From the NCBI GenBank assembly GCA_964016885.1, contig OZ024748.1, forward strand, positions 9,734,001-9,798,000: 64,000 nucleotides of DNA, written 5' to 3'. Positions 39,703-52,896 of this stretch are shown here, in pieces. Numbering within the stretch: the stretch's first letter is position 1; the number at the start of each line of letters is the position of its first letter. Under the pieces are notes generated by a model, which was not told the DNA's origin, made no database searches, and was given only the letters and a program-made list of their open reading frames with translations. The DNA is from Eledone cirrhosa. Lineage: Eukaryota. The translations under genes and the position numbers were made by a program.

Positions 39703-41403
39703 TATAAACTTACAAGACTATATGTATCTTTATTATACATACACAAGACTATATATATATATATTTATTATAAATTCACAACACTATATGTATCTTTATT
39801 ATACATGTGTAGCATCATTTAATGTCAATTTTCCCTGCTAGGAGGTTTAAGACAGTTCAAGCATGGCTACTGATCCCTCGGACTGGAGTGAAGAGTGTCT
39901 ACATTTCGTTGACATACGATCCCGCTCTCTAAGTGTATCATGACATTAGAGAGGTATCCAGTTTGGAATAGATGCACTGTATCCTAGCATATTGTAAGGA
40001 GTGACTGAAAGGATTGGTATTGAGAACTGGCTGTAAAACATTACCTCAAAATGTCCATCTTATGCCAGAATGGGAAAAGTTGACATAAAAACGAGTTAGC
40101 TCCCATGATCTCTTCCATTATGTTAAAGATTTTGACTGTCTTTGATTTATTTCCAGTGTTTAAACTTTAATACTTGAACAGATTTTTGAGAAGTAGAATA
40201 TTATTAGAGATAGGAAGGGTATCTAGCCATAGAATACCTGCCAACCAAAGGGTTTGGGATGACTCTTCAGCTGTGTCAAAGACATGACAACATTTCTAAT
40301 GTTGGGGAAAATACCCCACATCATTAATTTTCATAACAATTATTGAATTATTATCATTATTAGTATTTATTTATAATGAAATGGATTGAGTAGAATGTTA
40401 GACAAAATGCTTTGCAGTATTTGTTCAAACTTTTTACATTCTAAGTTCAAATCCTGCTGGAGTCAATTTTGTTTTTCATCCATAGGATGATATATATCTC
40501 TCATTGCTGGCCTTGTGTCTAAATTAGAAACCAACATTATTATTTTTATTTTATTTTTAGGATTTTAGTGAATTTTCCCCTTACGACCAATTGGAAGGTG
40601 CAACCGGTGGTAGCGACTATGACAGCTGCAGTAGTGGCTGCAAATCTGTCAAGATGGAACCCAACACATACTACTGTAACTACGATTCCATGAGACATGG
40701 CCAACCATCTACCAAGCTCAATCAATCGACATCATCAAATGACACTGACTTCAACTACCATCCAAGCAACACCAACCATATTTTACACAACCACACTTAC
40801 CCACAGCAGCCACCACCCCAACAACAGAACACTACTTATGAAGCTTCACCACCAAGTATTCCTATGACTAAAACGTACAGTAATGCCACCACCTCTTACC
40901 ATCGGGGACCAACTTCTAGAGACCACAAGCGTCTCCAGGAGTTGAAAGTTCCACTCAGTATGGATCAGATTATCAATTCATCAGTGGAGGAGTTCAATGA
41001 TTTGGTTCGTACATACCCATTGCCCGAGCCACAGTTAAGACTGATCAGGGACATACGTCGACGAGGTAAGAATAAAGTGGCGGCACAGAATTGCCGGAAA
41101 AGAAAGCTGGATATCATCGGGACGCTGGAGGAAGAGGTGATCCAGATGCGACAGGAGCGTGACAGGTTGCTTCGTGAGAGCAATCAAATCCATAAACAGA
41201 CGAGGGATATGAAGGAGAAATACAATGTCCGCTATAATGAGGTATTTATGACCCTTCGTGATGAGTACGGCAATGCTTATGATCCGCAGGAGTATTCCCT
41301 GCAACAGTCTAGTGACGGCAGTGTCTTCCTGGTGCGTAAAAGCCTCACATCTGATGAGAAAACTTTGGACTCTAACCGAAAGAAAAAAACTGATAAGAAA
41401 TGA
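27760..41403 (+). CDS. NFE2L1: CNC-bZIP transcription factor, invertebrate Nrf/CncC ortholog of NFE2L1/NFE2L2 (spliced gene span, ~980 aa)
   Basis: Exons 27760-28731, 32103-32234, 32649-32748, 34091-34272, 35061-35303, 35896-36079, 37102-37314, 39429-39502, 40561-41403 are all GT-AG with compatible phases (2943 nt). Motifs: NHB1 ([15 protein letters not shown]), [34 protein letters not shown]-bZIP basic region [20 protein letters not shown], Neh3-like SDGSVFLV. Confidence 0.92.
28869..29422. mobile_element. Tc1/mariner-type MITE remnants (TA-flanked CAGGGTGTCCCAAAA-like TIRs)
   Basis: tacaggatgtcccccaaaaaa...ttttttgggacaccatgta (28869-28919), a second copy at ~29344-29422, and a related copy at 9283-9345. 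Confidence 0.55.
31636..32045. repeat. 47-bp minisatellite (~9 copies) just upstream of Nrf exon 2
   Basis: Unit TGTTTGATGTATACACACATATCTGTGTATATAGAGAATATATGATA. Confidence 0.92.
32103..32234 (+). CDS. NFE2L1: Nrf/CNC coding exon 2 (Neh2 DLG motif)
   Basis: ttacag|[44 protein letters not shown]|gtaagt. Confidence 0.92.
32649..32748 (+). CDS. NFE2L1: Nrf/CNC coding exon 3 (ends in DIET-G of the ETGE motif)
   Basis: ttttag|[33 protein letters not shown](G)|gtttgt, phase 1. Confidence 0.88.
33130..33597 (-). mobile_element. RTE LINE 3' fragment in Nrf intron 3
   Basis: [10 protein letters not shown]...[11 protein letters not shown]...GRPKMTW. Confidence 0.88.
33852..33902 (-). ncRNA. Degenerate minimal hammerhead ribozyme in Nrf intron 3 (antisense)
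   Basis: GCTT-CTGATGA-agtcACATGcataacCATGTagaa-GAAA-TATATA-TC-ATGC-AATAAA. Confidence 0.5.
34091..34272 (+). CDS. NFE2L1: Nrf/CNC coding exon 4 (completes ETGEW)
   Basis: ttacag|(G)[11 protein letters not shown]...QSSNTL|gtaagt. Confidence 0.88.
35061..35303 (+). CDS. NFE2L1: Nrf/CNC coding exon 5
   Basis: ttcaag|[14 protein letters not shown]...EASQPV|gtgagt, phase 0-0. Confidence 0.8.
35896..36079 (+). CDS. NFE2L1: Nrf/CNC coding exon 6 (Neh5-like [15 protein letters not shown])
   Basis: ttttag|[23 protein letters not shown]...NLNT|gtaagt, phase 0-1. Confidence 0.82.
36450..36873. repeat. 48-bp minisatellite (~9 copies) expanded from a SINE segment
   Basis: Unit TGTACTGGGTGCATTATATCATGGCACCAGCACTACCACTTCACCAAG, continuous with the preceding cccttcctaacaccaacc SINE motif. 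Confidence 0.92.
37102..37314 (+). CDS. NFE2L1: Nrf/CNC coding exon 7 (NST glycodomain)
   Basis: atcaag|(S)[19 protein letters not shown]...LPNITE|gtaggg. Phase 1-1, open frame, seven N-x-S/T sequons. Confidence 0.78.
37570..37790 (-). mobile_element. RTE LINE extreme 3' end
   Basis: [16 protein letters not shown] followed by a (ATG)n tail. Confidence 0.7.
37996..39378 (-). mobile_element. RTE-clade LINE RT fragment in Nrf intron 7
   Basis: [32 protein letters not shown], Cys-rich insert, MLHGSETW; same family as 18720-19882. Confidence 0.92.
39429..39502 (+). CDS. NFE2L1: Nrf/CNC coding exon 8 (Neh6-like serine-rich degron)
   Basis: ctcctag|(D)[24 protein letters not shown]|gtattt. Needed to bridge phase 1 to the phase 0 last exon. 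Confidence 0.78.
39520..39800. repeat. Imperfect ~31-bp tandem repeat with (TA)n
   Basis: tattataaactcacaaggctatat recurs about 7 times. Confidence 0.75.
40561..41403 (+). CDS. NFE2L1: Nrf/CNC terminal coding exon (CNC domain, bZIP, Neh3)
   Basis: ttttag|[17 protein letters not shown]...HNHTY...[30 protein letters not shown]...[23 protein letters not shown]...SSDGSVFLV...stop. Confidence 0.95.
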   Translation, partial: DFSEFSPYDQLEGATGGSDYDSCSSGCKSVKMEPNTYYCNYDSMRHGQPSTKLNQSTSSNDTDFNYHPSNTNHILHNHTYPQQPPPQQQNTTYEASPPSIPMTKTYSNATTSYHRGPTSRDHKRLQELKVPLSMDQIINSSVEEFNDLVRTYPLPEPQLRLIRDIRRRGKNKVAAQNCRKRKLDIIGTLEEEVIQMRQERDRLLRESNQIHKQTRDMKEKYNVRYNEVFMTLRDEYGNAYDPQEYSLQQSSDGSVFLVRKSLTSDEKTLDSNRKKKTDKK

Positions 41404-41436
41404 AAACTAACAAAACAAAAAAATATCATTTTCAAA

Positions 41437-41484
<48 letters not shown>

Positions 41485-44082
41485 ACAAAACATATACAAA
41501 CAAAAACAACAAAAAGAAAGAATGAAATTGGGAGGGGGATGCTCTATAGTTTAAAAAGAAAATATACTTAAACATTGCCTTTTGATCTTGTTTTGGTAAA
41601 AAATACCAACAGGATATTTGGGGAAAGGGGGTGATATCATTTGTTTTTCTTTTTTGATGGGGGTGTTTATTTTATTTTTTAAAGTCATTTGTTAATTTTA
41701 ACCATCCATCTTTTTTTTTTTTCCAATTCATATCCTCTATGATTGTAAATATATTTTATATATACTATTTTTTTTTCTTTAAATTCAAAATTACTTCTTT
41801 CGTGTTTTGTTGTCTTCTTTTGTTGATTTTTGCAAAATATTATTACTATTATTATTATTTGTAATTTCAATATTGCTCCGCCCACCTCACCAACCTCAAA
41901 CCATATTAGGAGAGAGAGAGAAAAAAATTATTATTAACCATAAAAAAAAGAGACAAACAACAGTATATGTATTTACCCTACAAGACTAATTAAGTAATTA
42001 ATCAGGCGATCTCTGAACCTGTTTAGCCATGGCTGTGAGACTCAATTGATAATGTAGATGGAATGGTCATAATTGGAACGTCTTTAATCATAGGTCTACT
42101 TGATCATAGCAGATATGGCGCTAAATAACATTGCAATTAATTCATTATATAATTAATTAATTAATTAATTATTGAACAATTTTAAAAGTGATTCTCTATT
42201 TTTGAAAGAAAAAAGACAGGGTGGTCATAAGTAGAAGGCTTTTAATCATTGGTCTCCTCAATCCCTATCTTTATCTCTGCCCTTCTCTTAGAGCACAGAA
42301 ATTTAAAGATTAAACTAAATAAACTTATTTGAACTATAAAAACAACAAAGCAAGGTAACGTTCTGGTGAGAGACCAGTGTTGGTAGACTAATTAAGGCTA
42401 AGAACTAAAGTGATAGATTAGCTGAATCAGCTGTTGAAGATGCTTGGCGTTATTTGTTCTGCCTATTTAGTTAAGATTCCTCTGTAGCCTCACCACCACT
42501 TAGCCCTTGAGTGCCTTTAGCAGAGTCCATTCTGTTGTCCAGTTTAACACCACCACCACCTGATCCTTGGGTGTCACTCCTATTTATCTAAAAACTTTTC
42601 ATTGTGATTTTATGTAAGAACATGTTGAGTTGTGTTCCAAACAGCAGCTTAATAATGAGAATATTATTTATATTACTATAAATAAAGTACAGTTATGCGG
42701 CCTTGTGCCAAAAGTAGAAACAATTATTTATATTACTAAATCCCTCCAAATTCTTATTTTAAAATAATAGGTGGTGTCTTCCATAAAAAAATGGTAATTA
42801 AAGGGTTAAATGGTTGGGAAAACTAGAAACTGAACTTAGCTGCCACACTGAGGTAGATGGTGAGGGGAGGGGCAAAATTACTGGGGTTTTTTTTTTTACT
42901 GTAATATATTTTTTTACAAGATTTTTTTCTGTTTTTCCACCATTCCTTTTCTTTGTTACTGAAATCGTATTTCATGATAATATATTTCATACATTTAATG
43001 GGCGGAGGGAGAAAAACTACATGTGTAAGTGTGTGTGTGTGTGTATATATATGTATATGTGTATATATATATATATCTGTATTTTATATAGAAATGACTT
43101 CTACCGAACTAGAATTGTTTCATTTGTATGAAATCATCGGCCCGGTGTTTTCATATGAATGAAACAGTTCTAGTCCTGTAGAAGTAATTTCTATAGAAAA
43201 TAAAGATGCTTCTAATCTACCAACATATTGAGTACCATCTTTAACTGTGGTTGGAATCTACCTAATATATATGTATAGTTTATTAAGTCTGATACAGTAA
43301 ACCTCTTACTCTGGAGTTTCTCACGTGAGATTACCAGTTCCTTCGACAGGAAATGCTGGATATTATCCTGTCTGAGGAACTTGTAGACTAACTTCAAAGA
43401 GACAGGCTACTAAATTGACATTTAATAAACTAGTAATTTCCGGTACTCTTTCTCACACACACTCATATTAAATGATGTATGTGTAATTATGAGCAAGACA
43501 GTCATTTGACTTGTCTGATCTCAAAACATGATGGACCGTCCAGAGTAGAAAATGGACGTAAAATGATGTACTTATATGTGTATATGTAAACTTGTGTGTG
43601 TATATATGTGAGTATATATAAGTATGTATATACATGTATGTGTGTGTATGTATGTATGTATATGTACGTGTGTGTGTATATATATATGTGTGTATACATA
43701 TGTATGTATATACATATATATGTATATGCCTGTTGTAACCCACATGAACAACATGTATATAATGAGTGTGATGTAAGACAATAAACTAATGGTATATGTG
43801 AAACCGTGTCTTCTTGCTTAATGTTGATACACCCTCTGATACGAGATGCTTACTAACTTATGATGATAATAAGGAGACAGAAAATAAAAGTAAAGAATAA
43901 CTGAAAGTTACCTTAACAATTTATTAGGCCCAACATTTTTTCATTTACCAACCAATTAACAAGAGGCTAACAGATGTTTTAAGATCTTGTATAATGGTCA
44001 TTCCACACTGGAAGCAATGGGCCTGATTTTCATGTGTATGTATATGCATATATATATACACACACATATATATATATATATA

Positions 44083-44560
44083 TATGATCTCATCAGGCAG
44101 TTAGTAAGTTCTTAGATATGCCAGCTCTGGGTTTTTGGTGTTGATGGTTTTAGAGGCTGGGGACATATGAGCTTGTTAGGGATAATTTAATGTCAGCAGG
44201 AATAATCTTAATTCTCATTGGTCAGTTTGTAGATGCTAGTAGGATTAGTATTTGAGCTCAAGATGACAATAGTTCCATTGTCATCTTGTCAACTTTACAA
44301 CACCACCTACCAATCCTTCTAGCATCTACAAACTGACCAATGAGAATCAAGACTATTCCTGCTGACAACATTAAATTATCCCTAACAAGCTCATATGTCC
44401 CAAAGCTCTAAAACCATTAACACCAAAAACCCAGAGCTGGCATATCTAAGAACTTACTAACTGCCTGATGAGGTCATAGCCATACAATGGCTATCATCGA
44501 AATATATATAGCAGTAAATAAAGGATTATGAGTTCGTGCAATTGACTTATGTTTCGTCAT
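44083..44560 (+). mobile_element. Penelope-like element pLTR remnant with inverted upstream copy
   Basis: ~170-bp inverted arms (44083-44250 / 44308-44478). The right arm ends in the hammerhead and poly(A) signal, matching the typical inverted-pLTR architecture of PLE insertions. Confidence 0.6.
44460..44515 (+). ncRNA. Minimal type I hammerhead ribozyme (Penelope pLTR type), intact core
   Basis: ACTGC-CTGATGA-[GGTCATAGCCA tacaa TGGCTATCATC]-GAAA-TATATA-TA-GCAGT: stem I, full catalytic core, stem II, palindromic stem III, then AATAAA. Confidence 0.72.
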
Positions 44561-44577
44561 TATTATAACTCTGGAAT

Positions 44578-44764
44578 GGGCGGTGGATTGGCAGTATCGG
44601 TAGAGAGTCGGACACCATGCTTTGAAGCATAGAGTTACGTCCCTTTATGATCTGAGTTCAAATGCCGCCGAGGTTAACTTTGCCTTTCATCCTTACGGGG
44701 TCGATAAAATAAAGTACCAGTAATGTACTGGGTAATTGCTGGCCTTGTGCCTAAAATAGAAACA
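44578..44764 (+). mobile_element. Full-length tRNA-derived SINE with Nin/Deu-type central domain and 16-bp TSD
   Basis: A-box-like TGGCAGTATCGG, B-box GAGTTCAAATGCC, gcctttcatccttacggggtcgataaaataaagtaccag. TSD ATTATAACTCTGGAAT at 44562-44577 and 44765-44780. Confidence 0.85.
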
Positions 44765-45154
44765 ATTATAACTCTGGAATTTATATCTTCGTTGAGTGCT
44801 CCCTATCCGCATACTGAAGTACTGGATTTTACCAACACTTTCTTGCTTATATATACATATATATTCTATTATTTTAGCTGAGTCCATGCTGTGGCACTGC
44901 CATTGCCACTTTTATAACCAGACTTCTTTTGTTGGCCATTAATGTAAGAGTCCGTTGCTGCTCTTGTTTAGTTCTAATAAATTCAAGTGAAAAACCAACA
45001 AATACATTAGCAGGATGTCCCCACCTAACTATATCTGTTTCAGCTCATATTTTCAGGTAAGAAATCTTGCAAAAGAAATAGAAAAACGATATATAAATAT
45101 ATATAAGTATACTTATATATATAAATCAGATGTTTTACAGAGCAGGAATATAAA

Positions 45155-45579
45155 TTACACAATAATCAAAACTATGTTCAAAACATTTTATTGCTGACAA
45201 TCATTTCTTCCAAACTTTCGTTTGGAATCATCGGAGCACTAGCAAAGTTTTGACATATAATTAACTTCCTATTCAACTGAACAATAATATAACATGGATA
45301 TTAATGTTGACATCAACAGTTTCATATTTACAGAGTGGAATGGATGTGACAGAAGATTACAGGAGAATTGTATAATAATTAAAGAGGCACAGAGTGGAAT
45401 GCATGTGACAGAGATTACATCCATTCCACTCTGTAAATATGAAACTGTTGTTGATAACATTAATATCCATGTTATATTATTGTTCAGTTGAATAGGAAGT
45501 TAATTATATGTCCAAACGAGAGTTTGGCAGAAACGATTGTCAGCAATAAAATGTTTGAACAGTTTTGATTATTGTGTAA
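45155..45579. mobile_element. Long inverted repeat, Penelope-like pLTR remnant
   Basis: Arms ~45155-45346 and ~45417-45579 are reverse complements, and both carry hammerhead remnants. Confidence 0.6.
45192..45238 (-). ncRNA. Degenerate minimal hammerhead ribozyme
   Basis: TGCT-CCGATGA-[TTCCAAAC gaaa GTTTGGAA]-GAAAT-gatt-GTC-AGCA then ATAAA; one core change (U4 to C). Confidence 0.6.
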
Positions 45580-46764
45580 CATATATATATATATGTATAT
45601 ATATTCATTCATTCATTTCCTTTTACGTCCGCTTTTCCCCTGCTTTGCTTGCAAGGGTGGGACGGGAACTGATTCTGGCTTGATTTCTACAGCTGGATGC
45701 CCTTCCTAACACCAACCTCATTTACAGTGAGTGCTGGGTGCTTTTTTGCCGTGGCACCTCCACGACCACTTTGCAGTAGAATATGGACTCTAGTCCCTAT
45801 CATCTCATTTCTACAGCTGAGTAAACTGGAGCAATGTGAAATAAAGTGTCTTGCTCAAGGAAACAACACATCACCCGGTCTGAGTATATATATATACTAG
45901 CTAGGTATACCTGCACCCACCACTCCAAAGATACCACACACCCTCCCATGTGACATTGTCCTTCCAACTCTCTCTGAATAACTAACACTTTAATTGTATA
46001 TCTCTTTTCCCCTCCCTCTGTAGTGTGTGTGTTCAGTTTTCCTAATCTTTCTCTCTCTCTCTGTATATATTGAAGGGAGATACAGAAACTAAAACAGTGT
46101 TGTCATATAGAGTGAAGAGCGACAGTAAAGCAGTTAAATTATAGAGACGGGGAATGATCTTACATACATATAAAGTATAGATATGTGTCTGTTTTGTTTT
46201 GATGTTATACGGCAATTGGCAAAATCAGGTGTGAAAGTGTATTTGTGTGTGTGTTATGCGAGGGACAACAGAAAAACTGTGGGATACATACATTATTATA
46301 TTTGTCTGTATTTTTGTTCTACAACCATTATATTATATTGGCAATATCAGTAGAGTCGGACACCTTGCTTTGAAGCATAGAGTTACGTCCCTTTTTATCC
46401 GAGTTCAAATCCTGCCGTGGTTAACTTTGCCTTTCATCCAATAAAATAAAGTACCAGTAATACACTGGGTAATTGCTGGCCTTGTGCCAAAAGCAGAAAC
46501 AATTATATTATATTTGTATCCAAAGATTTTTGATGTATGTATTACCTCCTTGCCCGTCCCCCTGTTTCTCTTTTCGTCTCTCTCTCTTTAGGTGTGTGTG
46601 TAGTTTTTCCTAATCTGTCTCTTTCACTCTGAGTGAAAGCCTTTTGATTTGTGTGTTGAGCGAATTTGAAGGAGGTTATCCTTTTTAAATAAACATACAT
46701 ACGACTATAAATAATGGGATTGATGAATTAATATCTATACAACTACGATACTCACTGGGGCCAA

Positions 46765-46985
46765 CCCACAGCCCCGGGAGACGCGCTGGAAAAGCCACTC
46801 CAACTAGCAGGGTTCACACCTGCGGCTGGCCAGCTCAGCACTTATGGTGGTGAGTAAGGAGGTAGCCCTAGCGCCGAGGACACCAGATGTCTCCACTGCC
46901 AGGGGTACGACCGCAAACTTTGTCGAAGAGCAACCGGTATTTGAGGAGTTTGGCCCCCTCAGCCCGACGTGCAGCAGAACCTGGG
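46765..46985 (-). mobile_element. CRE-clade fragment, homologous to 25640-25815
   Basis: PGSAARRAEGAKLLKY followed by VETSGVLGARATSLLTTISAELA...LFQRVS. Confidence 0.7.
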
Positions 46986-47229
46986 TATATATTGAAGGTA
47001 GATACGGAAAGTAAAAGTATCATATGGAGTGAAGAGAGTAAAGCAGTTGAATTATAGAGGGAGAGAGACAACGCTCAGCTTTATATTTTAGAGTGAAGAG
47101 CAACAGAGTAAAGCAGTTAAATTATAGAGAGGGGAAGAGCAACAGAGTAAAGCAGTTAAATTATAGAGAGGGGAAGAGCAACAGAAAGAGTAAAGCTAAG
47201 AAACTTTTGGGTCATCAACATACGTTAAC

Positions 47230-47650
47230 CTTGGTCTTCCTCTTCCAATGTGTCCATGTAGGGGCTCCCACAGGAGCAGAGTGCAATGTCAACTGTCACT
47301 TTTGGGAGCCCCTACAGCATTCTCATGTAGCACCCATCCACCATCTGAGTGAGTTCTGGTCAATGTCCAAGTCTCAGACACGTACAGCAATGAAGAAGCG
47401 ATCTCAAGCTGTGGCACGCCTTGCAGGCTTTGCTCCTCCTCTTAACCACATCTGTATTCTCAAATGCAACATTCTCTACCAGATATTTTGTTTTAGTCCC
47501 ATTCATTCTCAGCCCCACTCAACCTCCTGCCTCCACTGTATGTCACCAAAACTATGTCTTCAGCATTTGATACCGTAACTCTCCTGCTCTGAGCCAGCAC
47601 AGTAAAACCAATGCATCTCCCTGGAGCACTCCAGCCAGTGTCTCAAAGAA
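47230..47650 (-). mobile_element. Decayed LINE RT C-terminal fragment (RTE-X-like)
   Basis: Remnants LYVSETWTLT and VDGCYMRML across frameshifts. Confidence 0.45.
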
Positions 47651-49795
47651 CTCATCTTTGTTTATATATATACAAACAAGTCACATATATATATATATAT
47701 ACACATACATACATACATATATATATATACATACATATGTATGTACAGCGAGATGCACAATGCTGCATGGTAGTGAGACATGGGCAGCAACTGCAGAAGA
47801 GAAATGAAGTATGCTCTGCTGGACGTGCAATGTGCATGAACGACCAAGCAGACATATAAAAGGGATAAGTGGTGGTGTGCAGGAGAGATGGTATGGAGGA
47901 TGACCACTGGGTGAAATGCCTAGAAATTGCAGAAAGATTGAGAATATATGTGTATGTATACATATATACACACATTCAATTCCAATCGTTGCCACTATTG
48001 AATAATCAAAACCATATCTGATGAAAACGTTCTTAAACACCATTGTACCTTTATACTCAATCAAAATAAATATTTTTTAATTTATTAATACTTTGAATAA
48101 TACTATATACCCCCCAGAAAAATTGTGCTTCTAATCCATTGTAAAATAATCAAACCATATAAACTTCGGTTATATGTATATAATATATATTGGCAGAGGG
48201 TTGGACGCCATGTTTTCTAGCATAGTTACGTCCCTTTAAAGTTCAAATCCCTTCAAGGTTAACTTTGCCTTTCATCCTTACGGGGGTGGGAGAGGTCTCA
48301 ATAAAATAAAGTACCAGTAATTCACTGCCCTTGAGCCAAAAGTAGAAACAATATTATATGAAGGCGAATGGCTTAGTGGTTACAGCATTGGGCTTGCAAT
48401 CGAAAGATTGTGAGTTCAATTCTCAGACACTGATGTGACAATATTTTATTTATATATATATACATACATACAATACATATAATATATATACACATACATA
48501 CATACAATATATATATTGTATTATATATATATATTATATATATTATATATATAATATATATATTATATGTATAATATATATATATTATATATAATATATA
48601 TATATTATATGTATAATATATATATATATATTATATATATTATATATATAATATATATATTATATATATACTATATTATATATATATATTATATATATAC
48701 TATATTATATATATATATTATATATATATAATATATATATATTATATATACATACAAGGGCGGTGCCCCAGCATGGCCTCAGCCGGATGGCTGAAACAGG
48801 TAGAGTATACAATATATATATATATACAATATTATATATGTACATGTAGATATATATATATATATATATATATCTACATAATATATATATATATATACAC
48901 AATATAATATATATACATATATATTATATATACATATACAATATATATACATATACATATAATATATATATATACAATATAATATATATATATACAATAT
49001 AATATATATATATACAATATAATATATATATATACAATATAATATAATATATATATATATACAATATAATATATATATATATATACAATATAACATATAT
49101 TATATATATATCGAACGTCACCACAAACCAAAGTATCATCTTCCTGCGGTTGCAATGTTTTGAGAGCAGCGATCCTTTGCTTAAACTTTAAATCCGTTAT
49201 TTTAATAAATATTTGCTCTTCGGTTCTTATATATTTGATATATATTTTCCTTATTGAGCCCTCTTGGATTTTAGTCTTCAATTTTATTATTACTATTATA
49301 TATACATATATATATATATATACAATATAATATATATAAATATACAATATAATATATATATATACAATATAATATATTATATATATTTTATATAATATAT
49401 TATATATATTTTATATAATATATATATTTTATATATTACGTATATATAATATATATGTATCATCATTTTACATCCACTTTTCCCTGCTTGCAAGGGTGGG
49501 ACGGGAACCGATTCTGGCTTGATTTCTACAGCTGGATGCCCTTCCTATATATTATATATATATAAATATATACAATATGTATATTCATGTATACACACAT
49601 ATATAATGTAAGGCAATGAAAGATATGAAGACGGGGAAGGCAACTGGTCCATCAGATATAGCTGCCGATCAAGCCTAACACTAACCACACAACTTCCCAT
49701 GTCAGGGAGAGAAGCCCCCCACCACCACGATTCCAACCAAGAACTTTCCAAGAGGAAAAAAACAAACAAAAACAAAACATTGAAATGACTAAATT

Positions 49796-49801
49796 TTTAT
49801 T
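49796..49801 (-). terminator. HSC70 polyadenylation signal
   Basis: AATAAA on minus ~210 nt after the stop, followed ~20 nt downstream by a GT/T-rich tract (tgttttgtttttgtttg). Confidence 0.65.
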
Positions 49802-50010
49802 AAGTGTATAGTATGAATTTGTAATATGTTAGTGTTAGGTAACCTTAGTTATTAACTAATTGAAGACTTACAAAACATAGTCTTGTAACATGTATTTACA
49901 ATACAGTAAAGAATATATATATATATATACACAGAAAAGAAACTAAATGAGTGATGAGTGAAGGAAAAAAAAAAAAAAAAAAAAAAATGATTAGAGTATA
50001 GGGTGCAAGT

Positions 50011-52896
<2,886 letters not shown>

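Noticed and set aside
44578-44670. tRNA-like A/B boxes
   Set aside because: Head of a multi-copy SINE; no complete cloverleaf, so not a tRNA gene.
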